Shown: in pieces, positions 29,346 through 40,116 of the stretch
Layout: each line of letters begins with the position of its first letter
Position numbering within the stretch: the first letter of the stretch is position 1
Program-made: the position numbers and the translations under genes
Notes under the pieces: generated by a model
Told to the model about the DNA's origin: nothing
Database searches by the model: none
What the model saw: the letters and a program-made list of their open reading frames with translations, nothing else
NCBI GenBank assembly: GCA_963668645.2
Contig: CAXXWC010000003.1
Span: 1 to 64,000, forward strand
Direction of reading: 5' to 3'
DNA from: Desulfobacterales bacterium
GTDB lineage: Bacteria > Desulfobacterota > Desulfobacteria > Desulfobacterales > UBA2174
DNA length: 64,000 bases

Positions 29346-29729
29346 ATGGCAGAACAGAACACACACGTTATCCACGCTTTTAGGCAGATGTGGGGCAACT
29401 ATCCGGAATTGGTCCTTCTGCTGAACCAAAAACATGAGATCGTTGCCGTGAACAAAGTGGCCCAGAACCTTGGGATAGAACCCGGCATCAAGTGCTTCTC
29501 CCTGAACGAGACAAACCGGATGTGCAAGGGGTGCAAAGCCCCGGTGATGCGCAAGCAAGGCAAAGCCCAAAGGTATGTAGTCCACAATGACACCCTTGGC
29601 ATTGTGGATTCATACTGGATCCCGGTGGATGACAGTGACGGCCTTTACGTGCATTTCGGCAACAATATTACGCAATGGGCGGATCCCCAAAAAGTTACTG
29701 GGGCAGAGATGTGTGACGTGGAGAAATAA
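29346..29729 (+). CDS. Stand-alone PAS-fold-like protein with a Cys cluster
   Basis: VLLLNQKHEIVAVNK and KCF...CKGC; GGAG RBS; divergent from the AraC gene. Confidence 0.55.
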   Translation: MAEQNTHVIHAFRQMWGNYPELVLLLNQKHEIVAVNKVAQNLGIEPGIKCFSLNETNRMCKGCKAPVMRKQGKAQRYVVHNDTLGIVDSYWIPVDDSDGLYVHFGNNITQWADPQKVTGAEMCDVEK

Positions 29730-29816
29730 GGGGTGCCAACAACAGAATAAAGAAAACATCCGGGGGTGTTAATGCTTTATGCCTGCATCCCCGGACCACT
29801 TCATAAAAATTTCTAA

Positions 29817-30342
29817 ATGAAGAAATTTAATATGGATAAACGCTTTTATGATTTCTTGGCTGTCAGCCTGCAGGGCAAAACGGTCAGTACGAATGTTTAC
29901 CGGGGAAAAGCGGTGCTTGTGGTCAATACGACCAGGAACTGCGGCTTGCCCCCCCAGTACAAGGGGCTGGAATCACTCTACCGGGAATATAGGGACATAA
30001 GCCTGGTCATCCTGGGGGCCCCGTAGAACCAGTTTGGCCACCCGCCAGGAACCCGGGAACGAAAAATTCATTTCAGAAGGGTGCCTGATCAATCACGGCG
30101 TCAGTTTTCCCATGTTCTCCAAAATTGATGTGAATGGCAGACATGCACATCTCCTTTATATTTACCTCAAAAACGAGTTGGGCGGGGTGATGGGAGGTGC
30201 CGTCAAGTGGAATTTCACAAAGTTCTTGATTGACCGGCAGAAAAATCCGGTAAAACGATTTGCACCGGTGGTCACCCCTAAAAAAATTGCAGAATGGATT
30301 AAGGCACATCATATTTTGGATGGCTCGCCGAATCATGAATAA
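29817..30342 (+). pseudogene. Glutathione peroxidase, disrupted
   Basis: VLVVNT..NCGLPPQY, then an in-frame TAG where the FPCNQF Cys is expected, plus a frameshift. C-terminal KIDVNG and VKWNFTKFLID. Confidence 0.85.
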
Positions 30343-30419
30343 AAACCGCCTGTCAAGATCATTGAACAACCGGGGAACACCGGGGTGCAGGGCTTGATCG
30401 TTTATGAAAGGAGTAAATC

Positions 30420-30629
30420 GTGAAAAAACATAAAATAAATCCGGTATTATTGAAGGCGACCGCCTTGACCTGTTTCATTCTGGCCGGGCTGACCCTGATG
30501 CCCTGGTCCCATGCCCGGGATCTATCCGTGTTGGGTTACCGGGCATTATGCCCGTTCAGTCCCATCAGCACTGGCCTGATGTGTTATGCCGGCATTATGG
30601 TCAACGGGCACCGCCGCAGAGTCCGATAA
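30420..30629 (+). CDS. Small membrane protein
   Basis: Two hydrophobic stretches; GYRALCPFSPIST; AAGGAG RBS. Confidence 0.5.
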   Translation: MKKHKINPVLLKATALTCFILAGLTLMPWSHARDLSVLGYRALCPFSPISTGLMCYAGIMVNGHRRRVR

Positions 30630-30800
30630 CTGTTTTTCCGTATGGGATTCCCATTTTTTTCATTTTTACCCGCAGGATGCTCGGGTGAACACCAAGCAGG
30701 TGCGCGGTACCATCTTGGCCCTTAATCTTTCCTCCTGCTTCAGTCAGCGCTTTTTTAATGTGGGTGGTGATCACCTCGTTTAGAGGGAGGACCGAGTCGG
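30630..30800 (-). pseudogene. Remnant of the Fis-type HTH C-terminus of a sigma54 activator
   Basis: Minus strand reads LPLNEVITTHIKKALTEAGGKIKGQDGTAHLLGVHPSILRVKMKKMGIPYG. Confidence 0.65.
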
Positions 30801-32463
30801 ATGACGAAGCTGACTACTCCATGAGAGCGGTGGGCTGATGGTGTAGATGAACCAGATGCCTCGTTCGTCGGCTTTTCGGGAATCGGCGAATTGATCTTTG
30901 AGCTTTGCGAGGATGTCGTGTAAGATGAGCATGCTCAGCAAAAACGGCGGTTCGATATATCGAATAATTTCAGCAGGCTGCGAGGCCGCCGATTTTTTTT
31001 AACTGCTTGTTTTTACAAATGTTTTTTATTTATGTCGAGTTATCACTCAGTGCGTTCAGGAATCTGACGACGCCGGTCGGCTGCCCGACCGAAAAAACTG
31101 GGAAACTTCAGTTTTATGAATAAGCATCCTAAAAAAAAGACTCAAGCCATGAAACAGTTTAATCTGAGTTCTCTTGTTTTAATCTCCCTGATTTTCTTTT
31201 GTTTAATACCTCTTACCATTTTCTTTTTATTCACCCAAAAAAAAGTTGTTTCAGAATTAAGAGCCTTAGAAGAAGAACAACAACTCCATCATATGAAAGA
31301 TGAACTTGGAATGCTGGAATCAAAAATTGCTTCTTACAAGAACATGATTGGTTTCGTCTCTCAGTTACCTGCTGTTATTGAAATATTAGATAAAGGGGAT
31401 GAATTGGCAGGATCGATCAGTCAGAAGACAGCCTACGAACGTTATGCAGGTGTTTTAAATAGGGCTTTCCAAAGGAATAATGATGTCATTAGTATTCATA
31501 TCCTAAATCTAAATTCGAATGTTCAATTTTCATTTTTGAAAAATCAAGAAACTTCTCAATATCATCAAGTTACTGACACAAATCAAAATTTTGATCCAGC
31601 CTTTTTGAGCGAAACACTTCAAATGAAGGATAAGAGTTTTTTGATTAGCCCGCTCCTCTTATCCGATGAAAATTTGAGTAAAGATAAATCTCCACTCAAA
31701 CTCCTTTTCCGCATTTTCACGCCAATTTTTTTAAAGCATAAAAAAATAGGGATATTTTGTAGCGACATTGACATTAGTATCCTTACTCACTCATTTCCAG
31801 AAATCCATTGGGTACTCAACGATGGCTCATATTTAATTCCCGAAAGAAGTGACGAAAATGCTTTCGCAAATTTTCCAGGACTACGAAACATTTTTCTTGC
31901 TGATAAAGCAGGGTTGTGGAGAAACGATCGAACTATGATGGCATGGATGCCGGTTTTTAAAGGTAAAGATGTTTCTCTTGCCCTTTGGGCTGGGAAAGAA
32001 ATAGCTCTTCGTACTGTGCAGGACACTATACAAAAAATGCTTATTGAGATTTTGAAGGTTTTCCTTGTGTTATTAGCACTATTCTTTTTAATATCATTTT
32101 GGCTTTCAAAATACACAAAAAGAGTTTCCGCAAAATTTTTCGACGATTTACGACAATCCATATTTAATCAACAAAAAGTATTCCCAGGATCGAAGAAAAG
32201 AATAAGGGAATTCTCCGATTTTTCTGAAAATCTTGCCTATATTCTCGACCAAAATACTAATTTAGAAAAACAACGCCAACAGACACTAACGGAGCTAAAA
32301 AAAGCCCTTGATGAAATTAAAACCTTACGAGGAATTCTCCCTCTTTGTTCATTTTGTAAAAAAATTCGTAACGACAGAGGATACTGGGAACAAGTGGATG
32401 TTTATATTCACAAAAATTTTGACGCAGATATCAGTCACAGCATATGCCCTGATTGCATGAAAG

Positions 32464-34042
32464 GTAAGCGTTCACGGGGTATCCCGGAGTTACAATTCCG
32501 AAGTCTAACGTGCTGAATTCACAAGAGAAAGATACATTATGACATAAAGTATTGAAATTGTTAAAAAAATCTAGACATTCGTTTTCTAGTGTGATAGGCT
32601 CTTTTCCATGGAGACGAAAAGACCCTTCACAGACCTTGAATGGCATCTTACGCCGGAACCTGTCCGGCACTATATCCTTTACCTCGAGCAGGCTTTGCAT
32701 AATCTGCAGAAGCAAGTTGACGATTACGGCAAGCGAATCGAAAAGCTGGAGGTGAAGACCCGGGAAAATTCTCGAAACTCCAGCAAGCCGCCGTCATCCG
32801 ACAGCCCGTTTGACCGATCCGGCCGGAAGAATGGAAAAAAAGGAAGTCGCCCCAAGGGCGGCCAGAAAGGCCATAAGGCCTACAAGCAGCAAATGCTGAG
32901 TCCAAATAAATCTCATGCGTTGATGCCCGAACGCTGTCGTTGCGGCAACACCGACTTCGGAGGAAGCCGGATGGAACCGTTTTATACCCATCAGCATATC
33001 GAGCTGCCCGAAATCCAAATGGAGATCAGCCATTTTATACTTCACCGCTGCGACTGTCCCAGCTGTGGGAAAACTGTCAAGGCCGTGCTGCCCGAGCCGG
33101 TTCGCTATGGATACGGTCCGCGATTGAGTGCGTTGATCGCCGAGTTGAGCGGCATCAAGGCGATGAGCCGAAACGATGTCAAGCATATATGCGAATCGGT
33201 TCTGCGTATGCCCATCGCCACGGGCACCATTCAGAAAATCGTCGACCGGGCTTCGGAGGCCATTACTCCGGCATACAAAGCCATCGGGGACGTGGCCCGC
33301 AGTTCGCTGTGCAATTACATTGACGAGACGTCCTGGTTTAACCAAAACGGCCTTCAGTGGCTGTGGGCCATGGTCAATGATCGGGTGGCCTTCTATCGTA
33401 TCGATGCCCACCGTTCCAAGGATGCCTTCAACCAGCTGATCCAGGATTGGCGAGGAATTCTGGTCAGCGACTCCTACGGCCTATACCGAAACTGGGTTCA
33501 TGGGCGCCAAACTTGTCTTGCCCATCTGATCCGCAAGGCCGATGCCTTGTGCGAGAGGAAAAAACCTGATCTACGACGCTTCGGGCACATCATGGCATCC
33601 TTGCTTCGGCAGTTGATTCAATTTGCCAAAGATCCACCGCCGCCGCGACAATGGCAGCAGTATTACGCACAACTGTTGTTCGCGCTGTCTCTGTGGGAGC
33701 CCGATAAATCCGACGCTGGCCAGCTGGCTCGACAGATTTTACGCGAAATCGACTCGCTTTGGTTCTTCATCGAACACGAGGGCGTGGAGCCGACCAACAA
33801 CCGGGCCGAACGGGCGCTTCGCTTCGGGGTTTTGTGGCGAAAGCGCAGCCTCGGCACCCAAAGTGAAAAAGGAAATCGCTGGGTAGAACGTATCCTCTCC
33901 CTGAAGGAAACTTGTCGGTTAAAAGCGAAATCAACCTTCCAGACCCTGGAACTCTGCATCGAATCGTTCTTCAACAACGACAAGCCCGATCTGTCTTGGA
34001 TATAGCTCAGACCACGGTTTCCTTTACCCCGTGAACGCTTAC
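32464..34042 (+). mobile_element. IS66-family element (single-ORF type), 1579 bp
   Basis: Perfect 18-bp IRs GTAAGCGTTCACGGGGTA; 8-bp TSD CATGAAAG at 32456-32463 and 34043-34050. Confidence 0.95.
32608..34005 (+). CDS. IS66 transposase (TnpC-like)
   Basis: Motifs NSRNSSKPPSSD, GGQKGH, a Zn finger, IDETSW, LVSDSY, QTCLAHLIR and PTNNRAERALR. Confidence 0.95.
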   Translation: METKRPFTDLEWHLTPEPVRHYILYLEQALHNLQKQVDDYGKRIEKLEVKTRENSRNSSKPPSSDSPFDRSGRKNGKKGSRPKGGQKGHKAYKQQMLSPNKSHALMPERCRCGNTDFGGSRMEPFYTHQHIELPEIQMEISHFILHRCDCPSCGKTVKAVLPEPVRYGYGPRLSALIAELSGIKAMSRNDVKHICESVLRMPIATGTIQKIVDRASEAITPAYKAIGDVARSSLCNYIDETSWFNQNGLQWLWAMVNDRVAFYRIDAHRSKDAFNQLIQDWRGILVSDSYGLYRNWVHGRQTCLAHLIRKADALCERKKPDLRRFGHIMASLLRQLIQFAKDPPPPRQWQQYYAQLLFALSLWEPDKSDAGQLARQILREIDSLWFFIEHEGVEPTNNRAERALRFGVLWRKRSLGTQSEKGNRWVERILSLKETCRLKAKSTFQTLELCIESFFNNDKPDLSWI

Positions 34043-34102
34043 CATGAAAGAGCATTATCCTGAAGAATATGAAGCAATTGAATCAGATAAAAATATGGAA
34101 TA

Positions 34103-34182
34103 GCCGAACCCATCATTCCAGCGGACGGTATGGGCTTCCGCTTTGCTTCAGCCCACGCTGCCGCTGAATTCGTCGGTTAGGA
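34103..34182 (+). other. attC site downstream of the disrupted array
   Basis: GCCGAAC-ccatc-ATTCCAGCGGAC ... GCCGCTGAAT-tcgtcg-GTTAGGA, with an internal GGGCT/AGCCC hairpin. Confidence 0.85.
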
Positions 34183-34674
34183 ACAAACATAAGGAAAAAT
34201 CAAGAGATGCTTTCTCAAAAAGAATCTATGCAACTTTTAGCCGAATATGGTCGAAATTCTGCTTGGACCAAACACTGCTTTGCCGTCGCAGATGCAGCAG
34301 TAAGAGTTGGCCATATTTTTGAGAAGACTTGTGCAATCAATTGTTCCTTCCTCTGGTCAGCAGCACTGCTGCATGACATCGGACGATATAAAACACACGA
34401 CCCATTGCTGCATGGCGTTGAGGGGTATAGACTCTTGTCAAAATTGGGACATGATCAAGAGGCCTATGTTTGTGCGTCACACATTCTTTATGGTCTCAAG
34501 GCAGAAGATGCCAAGCAGCTGGGCTTACCTAATCAAGATTTCGTACCACAAACAATTGAGGAGAAACTCATTCCTCTCATCGATTACCTGATTGAATTTG
34601 ACAAACGGCGGTGGTCCCCAAAAACTGGACAATGGTGTAAGCTCTAAGTCAGACCGAAAAAGGAGGATCTGACC

Positions 34675-34956
34675 ATGAGTACCAAACGTCGACAGTACAA
34701 ACCCGAATTCAAGGCCAAGGTCGCCTTGGCTGCCTTACGCAATGAGCAAACACTGGCTGAGCTGGCCAAACGCTTCGATATCCACCCGACCATGATCAGC
34801 ACCTGGAAAAGGGAGCTGCTCGACGGGGCCGCCGACATCTTCGAGAAAGGGCGCAGAGGCAAGCAGGTCACTGATGTCCAGGTCGGCGAACTGTACCGCC
34901 AGATCGGCCAGCTTAAGGTGGAAAACGATTTTTTATCACGCAAGCTCGGCTCCTGA
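34675..34956 (+). CDS. IS3 transposase OrfA
   Basis: HTH RRQYKPEFKAKVAL...; slippery GATTTTTTA near the 3' end. Confidence 0.92.
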   Translation: MSTKRRQYKPEFKAKVALAALRNEQTLAELAKRFDIHPTMISTWKRELLDGAADIFEKGRRGKQVTDVQVGELYRQIGQLKVENDFLSRKLGS

Positions 34957-34976
34957 AGCGCGACCTGCGCCGTGAT

Positions 34977-35813
34977 ATGATCGATCCATCTCACGAGAAG
35001 CTGAGCATCGTACGCCAATGTGACATGCTGAACATTTGCCGTTCCTCATTTTACTACAAATGCAAGCCGATCAAGCCCGAGGACTTGGCGCTGATGCGCC
35101 TGATTGACGAACAGTTCCTCAAGACACCGACCTGGGGCAGCCGCAAGATGGCCGATTGGCTCTGGCGGCATCATGGCATGAAAAAGAATCGCAAGCGGAT
35201 CCAGCGCCTGATGCGACTGATGGGCCTTAAGGCGATCTACCCGCGGCCACGAACCACACAGCCTCATCCCGGGCATAAAGTCTATCCGTACCTGCTGCGA
35301 GGTGTGGCCATCGAGCGGCCCAACCAAGTGTGGTCGGCCGATATCACCTACATCCCGATGCGCCGGGGCTATATGTATCTTGTGGCCATCATTGACTGGT
35401 ACAGCCGAAAGACGCTGTCCTGGCGCGTGTCGAATACGATGGAGGCCGACTTTTGCGTCGAGGCCCTGGAAGAGGCCCTGGCGCGCTATGACAAACCGCA
35501 GATTTTCAACACCGACCAAGGCTCCCAGTTTACCAGCACGATCTTTACTGAACGGCTCAGGGACCACCAGGTGGCCATCTCCATGGACGGCCGGGGCCGC
35601 TGCCAGGATAACATCTTTATTGAACGACTGTGGTGGACACTGAAATACGACTACATCTACCTACACGCTTTTGACAACGGAAACGAACTTCGCCGGGGGC
35701 TCGATAAGTGGTTCTCGTTTTACAACCAGGAGCGCCCTCATCAAAAACTTGACGGCAGAACACCGGATGATGTTTATTACGGTTTGCCTGCCACCATGGC
35801 TGGGGCTGCCTGA
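34977..35813 (+). CDS. IS3 transposase OrfB (DDE)
   Basis: Motifs WSADITY, FNTDQGSQF, DNIFIERLW and YNQERPH. Confidence 0.93.
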   Translation: MIDPSHEKLSIVRQCDMLNICRSSFYYKCKPIKPEDLALMRLIDEQFLKTPTWGSRKMADWLWRHHGMKKNRKRIQRLMRLMGLKAIYPRPRTTQPHPGHKVYPYLLRGVAIERPNQVWSADITYIPMRRGYMYLVAIIDWYSRKTLSWRVSNTMEADFCVEALEEALARYDKPQIFNTDQGSQFTSTIFTERLRDHQVAISMDGRGRCQDNIFIERLWWTLKYDYIYLHAFDNGNELRRGLDKWFSFYNQERPHQKLDGRTPDDVYYGLPATMAGAA

Positions 35814-36079
35814 TGTCCGGATACCAGAACCGGCTTGGAGCTTATTCTACCAACCAGGCTGTCCAAATAATTGGGTCCACCGCCAACCTACTACTCTAAT
35901 CAATAGATTTTCATCATTGCGCAAACGAAATGACGGCAACTTATTCTTTTTGAGTAGGCTTGAAAAAGCACACAAAATCGCAAGCGTATTTATGGCGCAA
36001 ATCGAAGAGAAGATTGGTGAATCAGTCGAGAGGATTGTTGATCTTCCTCCAAATAATGGATGCCGACCTTGAAATTAGG

Positions 36080-36203
36080 AGAGACAGAAGATATAGATTT
36101 TTCTTCAATTATTTTAAATGGTTGTGGAAATGCATAAATGTCGTTTGATATCAACTCGTTATGCCTGCTGGCGGTTATCTCGCTATACCCCGTGAACAGG
36201 TAC
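36080..36203 (-). mobile_element. Isolated IS66-like end remnant
   Basis: TACCCCGTGAACAGGTAC (36186-36203) resembles the IS66 IR above, with an AT-rich flank like the IS66 left end. Confidence 0.5.
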
Positions 36204-36460
36204 CACTTTTTCGGGGCAAGATCATGTCCGCCTCTATCGTTCCGAAACGCTGCATGATGGCCTGATAAGCCGGTTAATTTAACTTCGCACTCTTAACCTG
36301 CCGCCGGTGTATCCAATAGCTCGACGATGCTCGTATAAAATCGATAGCGGCATAGCCGCCTGCGTTGGCGCTGGTGCATCCGCCGCAGGACTTTTTTGCA
36401 GGTAATATCATGCCGAGGCAGAAAACATTTTAGCAGTTTTTTGAAGTCCGAACTTGGAAA

Positions 36461-37570
36461 TCAAAAGCTTTTCCCCTCTAATAGGGTACTGATCAATCTC
36501 TGTTGATAGAATGATTTCTCTTTCAACCCAGCATAGGACGCCGGAAAATACAGAAAGGAGACATGCGCTTCATTCTTTTCCTTATCGATCTCATCCAGCA
36601 CAACGGCATATCTTTCTTTATCCGAAAGAAACGTGTTTTCTGCCAGAGGAAAGTCAAAATAGCCAAGCCAAAATTCTGCAATATTTGCACCTGATCCATT
36701 TATGTCTGCATTTTTCTCATTTTCTGTTTTCTGGACTTCTACTTTAATTCGTACTTGGCTCCAGAGAGGATATGAATATTTTACTGTTACTTTGAATTCT
36801 CTTCTGAAATCATCATTTAACTTCATTGAAAAACGATACACCTCTCCTTCCGTTTTATCATCACACTCTTTTAGCACTGATTCGGTAGGGCAAGCGTTTT
36901 GACATGTCTTAGACAGATCGATGGTTAACCTGTACCGGCTTTGAACACTACTTAGACTTTCCATCTGTTTTTTGGTGATACGTCTGGCGATTTTAATGAG
37001 TCGATCTAATTTCTTTATCATCATTGTCTTGGTAAATTCTTCCCAATCCATATCCTCTGACATAAGCTGGTAGAGTGCATAAAATCGTTCATTTTTAAGT
37101 GGAGCGGGACTTTCCTCTTTCCCGTATAGCTTGGTGGCAGGTCTCGGAAGATTATGAATTTCACGTACAATTTTGAGCAACACATGTAAGAACAGCGGCT
37201 CCATATCGAGCATTTCATGAAAATTTCTGGATAGTAATTCAAGGCGGAGAAGGTCATCGTCTATTTGATCAAGTATGCACTGTGAATCAGGCTTTTCTGT
37301 AAGGAAAGAGGAAAGAACTTGCTCGAACATGTCTTTGCGAACGGCACTTTCAGCATTTTCCCGCTGACTCATTAACTGAGTGTAAAGTTGAGCCCGGGTA
37401 GACAGAGTCTGCTGGTTGTTGATGACATAAGAACCTATGGTGCCGATAATTGCAACCACAATAGCGGTAGCGATACCTCCGGCAGAGCGAAGTTTATACC
37501 AGATGTCTACCGGCTTGTTGACGTCGCTCGATTCCTGTGTTCCATCGCCAGAATTATCTTTGCATGTCAT
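36461..37570 (-). CDS. Hypothetical protein with one N-terminal TM helix
   Basis: Long AT-rich ORF; ATG at 37570 follows AAGGAGG. Confidence 0.7.
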   Translation of the reverse strand: MTCKDNSGDGTQESSDVNKPVDIWYKLRSAGGIATAIVVAIIGTIGSYVINNQQTLSTRAQLYTQLMSQRENAESAVRKDMFEQVLSSFLTEKPDSQCILDQIDDDLLRLELLSRNFHEMLDMEPLFLHVLLKIVREIHNLPRPATKLYGKEESPAPLKNERFYALYQLMSEDMDWEEFTKTMMIKKLDRLIKIARRITKKQMESLSSVQSRYRLTIDLSKTCQNACPTESVLKECDDKTEGEVYRFSMKLNDDFRREFKVTVKYSYPLWSQVRIKVEVQKTENEKNADINGSGANIAEFWLGYFDFPLAENTFLSDKERYAVVLDEIDKEKNEAHVSFLYFPASYAGLKEKSFYQQRLISTLLEGKSF

Positions 37571-37779
37571 GAGAGGATCCTCCTTTTTAAAAAGTGTTCC
37601 TCTACAGTGGCAATCACCGCTCAACCATATGTTTTTTGGGGTATCTGCTTCTCCTTTTTATGGGCTACCGCATAGGCGAGCACAATGAACGAATCCGAAA
37701 CGGATTTATATATTCACTGTCTATCATCAGCCTATGGTTGAGCATTATCATGCACAGGACTATTTAACCGCGACAGAAT

Positions 37780-38430
37780 CTACAAATCGATATCAGGATA
37801 TAGCCTCTTGGCGCAATCCGGACAAATGCCATGGCTGAATTCAACCCCGGCATGGTCTCGAATATAAACGTCAACCTGATGCCACCCGCCTTGATCATCC
37901 CTTATCTTTTTGCACGCTGAGCAAATGGGCAACAACTGACTCAGCTGCTTGACTTTGAACAAGGCGGCCTTTAACTTTGCAACGCTGACTTCCAAAACTT
38001 GAGTCCGCTCGTGTACTCGCAACTCCAATTCCGAATTCAATCGTTGCAACCCCTCTATAGCCTGCTTCTGCACAGTGATGTCCTCGACAAAAAGTATAAT
38101 CCCTCCTATGTCATTATCACTATACCATGGCTGAATTTCCCAGCGCAGCCATAGGACGCTGCCGTCTAAACGGATAAACTTGTCCTCCGGCACTGAAATG
38201 GCTTCTCCATTCAGCCCGCGTTGGTGAAATTCCCGCCAGCGATCGGGGATTTCCGGAAACACCTCGTAGTGCGAAATCCCTGCCAATTGACGATCCCCGA
38301 GATTGTAATCACTCATCCATCTTTTGCTAGCTGCAATATACTTCATTTGACGGTCAAAAATAGCAATGGCCAGCGGGGATTGTTCGATAAATGTCAGCCA
38401 ATTTTGATTGGTTGTCTTCTCGATGTCCAT
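37780..38430 (-). CDS. PAS-domain protein with a C-terminal CxxC...CxxC domain
   Basis: PAS (IAIFDRQMKYIAAS...HYEVFPEIP...EDIT), a coiled coil, then LLPICSACKKIRDD...FSHGICPDC. Confidence 0.85.
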   Translation of the reverse strand: MDIEKTTNQNWLTFIEQSPLAIAIFDRQMKYIAASKRWMSDYNLGDRQLAGISHYEVFPEIPDRWREFHQRGLNGEAISVPEDKFIRLDGSVLWLRWEIQPWYSDNDIGGIILFVEDITVQKQAIEGLQRLNSELELRVHERTQVLEVSVAKLKAALFKVKQLSQLLPICSACKKIRDDQGGWHQVDVYIRDHAGVEFSHGICPDCAKRLYPDIDL

Positions 38431-38941
38431 AATGAAGCTCCGAATGCATCAATATGTTCACCATGTTCACCGCGTTCTGCTACGGCGGCTGTCCGCCAGC
38501 GCAATCGTCCGTCTGACACCAAACCCAGAATTGTCGATCCGCTGCAGGCCGGGAAGATTTTCAGGTCATCACCCGTCATACCGGAAGGAGAAAATGGCCA
38601 TGCAACAACACAGAGTTACGGTTATCGGTGATCCCTGTGCGCCACGGCCGAAAACCCGCCACCTGTTCAGGAAAGCAAGGTTTCACCGGCCGTCGCTTGA
38701 TTTAGCTAAAGCTATAAATAAGCGGATTGTTCAAATTATATTAAGCCAGATAGCAAGAACCTTCGATATGGTCAATGTTTTTCCCTTTTCAGTCAGCAGA
38801 AAATCTTAAACCGATAGCAGATGGCTTTGCCCCATTTGGACCCAATAAACGCCAGCGGGGGGGATTACAGCTGGCGGCCGTTCTGGCGTGAAAAAAAATC
38901 CACAGCGCCCGGCGCCGCCATCACGAAAGCCGAAAACCGCG

Positions 38942-39979
38942 TTAAAGATTTTTCAGATACCGTTCCCGGAGCACCGCCGCCATTTGCTGCACCGCCCCGA
39001 AGGCCCGCTCCACCGTCTTTTCCTTGTCCGGGTTGACCAGGCAGCAGGTGGCCGGCGAAAGCATGCTCTGGGCCAGCATTCGCTCCCGGTCGACCCCCTT
39101 GGCCCAAAGGATCTTCCAAACCGTTTCGAGCCGCCCGATCAGGGAAGGCATCTTCTCGCGACTGAAGGCCTCGAAGCCGGTGGGCACGATCCCCCAGACA
39201 ATGACGGCGTCCCGGTCGAGAAAGCGGCGGATCGACGGCGCATATGAGGCGAAGACCTCGGCGTTGGTATAGACGTCCAGCGAAAGCACGTCCAGATCGA
39301 GATTGAGCAGGAAATCCCAGTCCGGATTGCCGCACAGGTGAATCCCCCGGGGACGGTCGACCTGGGCGAAAAATGCGTCCATATCCGCCTTGGCCTTGAT
39401 ATCCCCGTAGCCGGCCAGGGCCGAAAAGATGAATTGCAATCCCGGCTCGTCCACGAACATGAAGGCCTTGGGATTGAGGGTCTTGAGCCGGGAAAGTTGC
39501 ACGTTGAGGCGCCGGGCCATGAAATCGAACATGAAGGGCCGGACCGTGTCGTCGAAGAGAATGGGCCGCTCGTCCTGGTCCAGCACGTTGAAGCCGAAGC
39601 TGATGGGGCCTTCGAGCTGTCCCCGGATGGCGGGCCGATCGGCCAGATCCAGGCTCAGGAAGCGGTGGTAGACGGCCGAATAGGCCGGACTGATGTCGAA
39701 GACGGCCGGATCCTCGAAGCGTGCCAGAACATCCTCCAGTTCCTGGACGAACTTGTCCATGGAAAAGCGCAGGGTGCGTTTTTCCACCTCCAGCAGGATG
39801 CCGGGAAAATGCTCGGCCGCCTGGACGTACATGTCCTCGTAATAGCTGTAGTTGGGAAGTTGCGGCCAGAAGGGCACGTCCAGAGACAGGGCCAGCTCCA
39901 GAGCCCGGTTCACGTCGCTGTGGGGCATCACCGCCATGGCGGTGGTCAGCAGATTTCCCGGCATCTGTGAGGTCATCAC
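38942..39979 (-). CDS. Cobalamin-independent methionine synthase (MetE C-terminal/Meth_synt_2)-like protein
   Basis: Motifs PFWPQLP, RGQLEGPIS, FVDEPGL, GIHLCGN, WGIVPT and LSPATC. Confidence 0.7.
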   Translation of the reverse strand: MMTSQMPGNLLTTAMAVMPHSDVNRALELALSLDVPFWPQLPNYSYYEDMYVQAAEHFPGILLEVEKRTLRFSMDKFVQELEDVLARFEDPAVFDISPAYSAVYHRFLSLDLADRPAIRGQLEGPISFGFNVLDQDERPILFDDTVRPFMFDFMARRLNVQLSRLKTLNPKAFMFVDEPGLQFIFSALAGYGDIKAKADMDAFFAQVDRPRGIHLCGNPDWDFLLNLDLDVLSLDVYTNAEVFASYAPSIRRFLDRDAVIVWGIVPTGFEAFSREKMPSLIGRLETVWKILWAKGVDRERMLAQSMLSPATCCLVNPDKEKTVERAFGAVQQMAAVLRERYLKNL

Positions 39980-40116
39980 AATCCTTTCACCGGCAGCGGT
40001 TTCAAATGGTCACCGCCCGGTCGCGGCATGCTATCCGAGGTTGACATCCGATCGCCGGGGCTTTACACCCGGAACGCCAATTCACTGCAAATGCATCACA
40101 AGGAGACTGCCAGACC

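Larger units (their letters stand above)
31116..34103 (+). pseudogene. Membrane sensor (extracytoplasmic domain) with a C-terminal CxxC...CxxC domain, interrupted by IS66
   Basis: Two TM helices flank an extracytoplasmic domain, followed by LRGILPLCSFCKKIR...SHSICPDCMK. The frame resumes after the IS as EHYPEEYEAIESDKNME* (ends 34103). Confidence 0.8.
34607..35884 (+). mobile_element. IS3-family element, 1278 bp
   Basis: Imperfect IRs GGCGGTGGTCCCCAAAAACTGGACA and TGTCCAAATAATTGGGTCCACCGCC; 3-bp TSD AAC. Confidence 0.92.
34207..36072 (+). pseudogene. HD-domain protein (probable cassette gene) interrupted by IS3
   Basis: Motifs KHCFAVA, ALLHDIG, HGVEG and EEKLIPLID. Removing the IS and one AAC restores ...EFDKPTTLINRFSSLRKR... 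in frame. Confidence 0.85.

Noticed and set aside
30015..30050. In-frame TAG at a Cys position of glutathione peroxidase, as possible recoding (Sec/Pyl)
   Set aside because: Selenocysteine uses TGA. This is not the peroxidatic Cys, a frameshift follows immediately, and other motifs are eroded, so decay is the simpler explanation.
30830..31060. Possible transposase 5' remnant (minus strand MLILHDILAKLKDQFADSRKADERGIWFIYTI)
   Set aside because: Too short, with no IR pair or TSD that I could confirm, so it is not listed as a feature.
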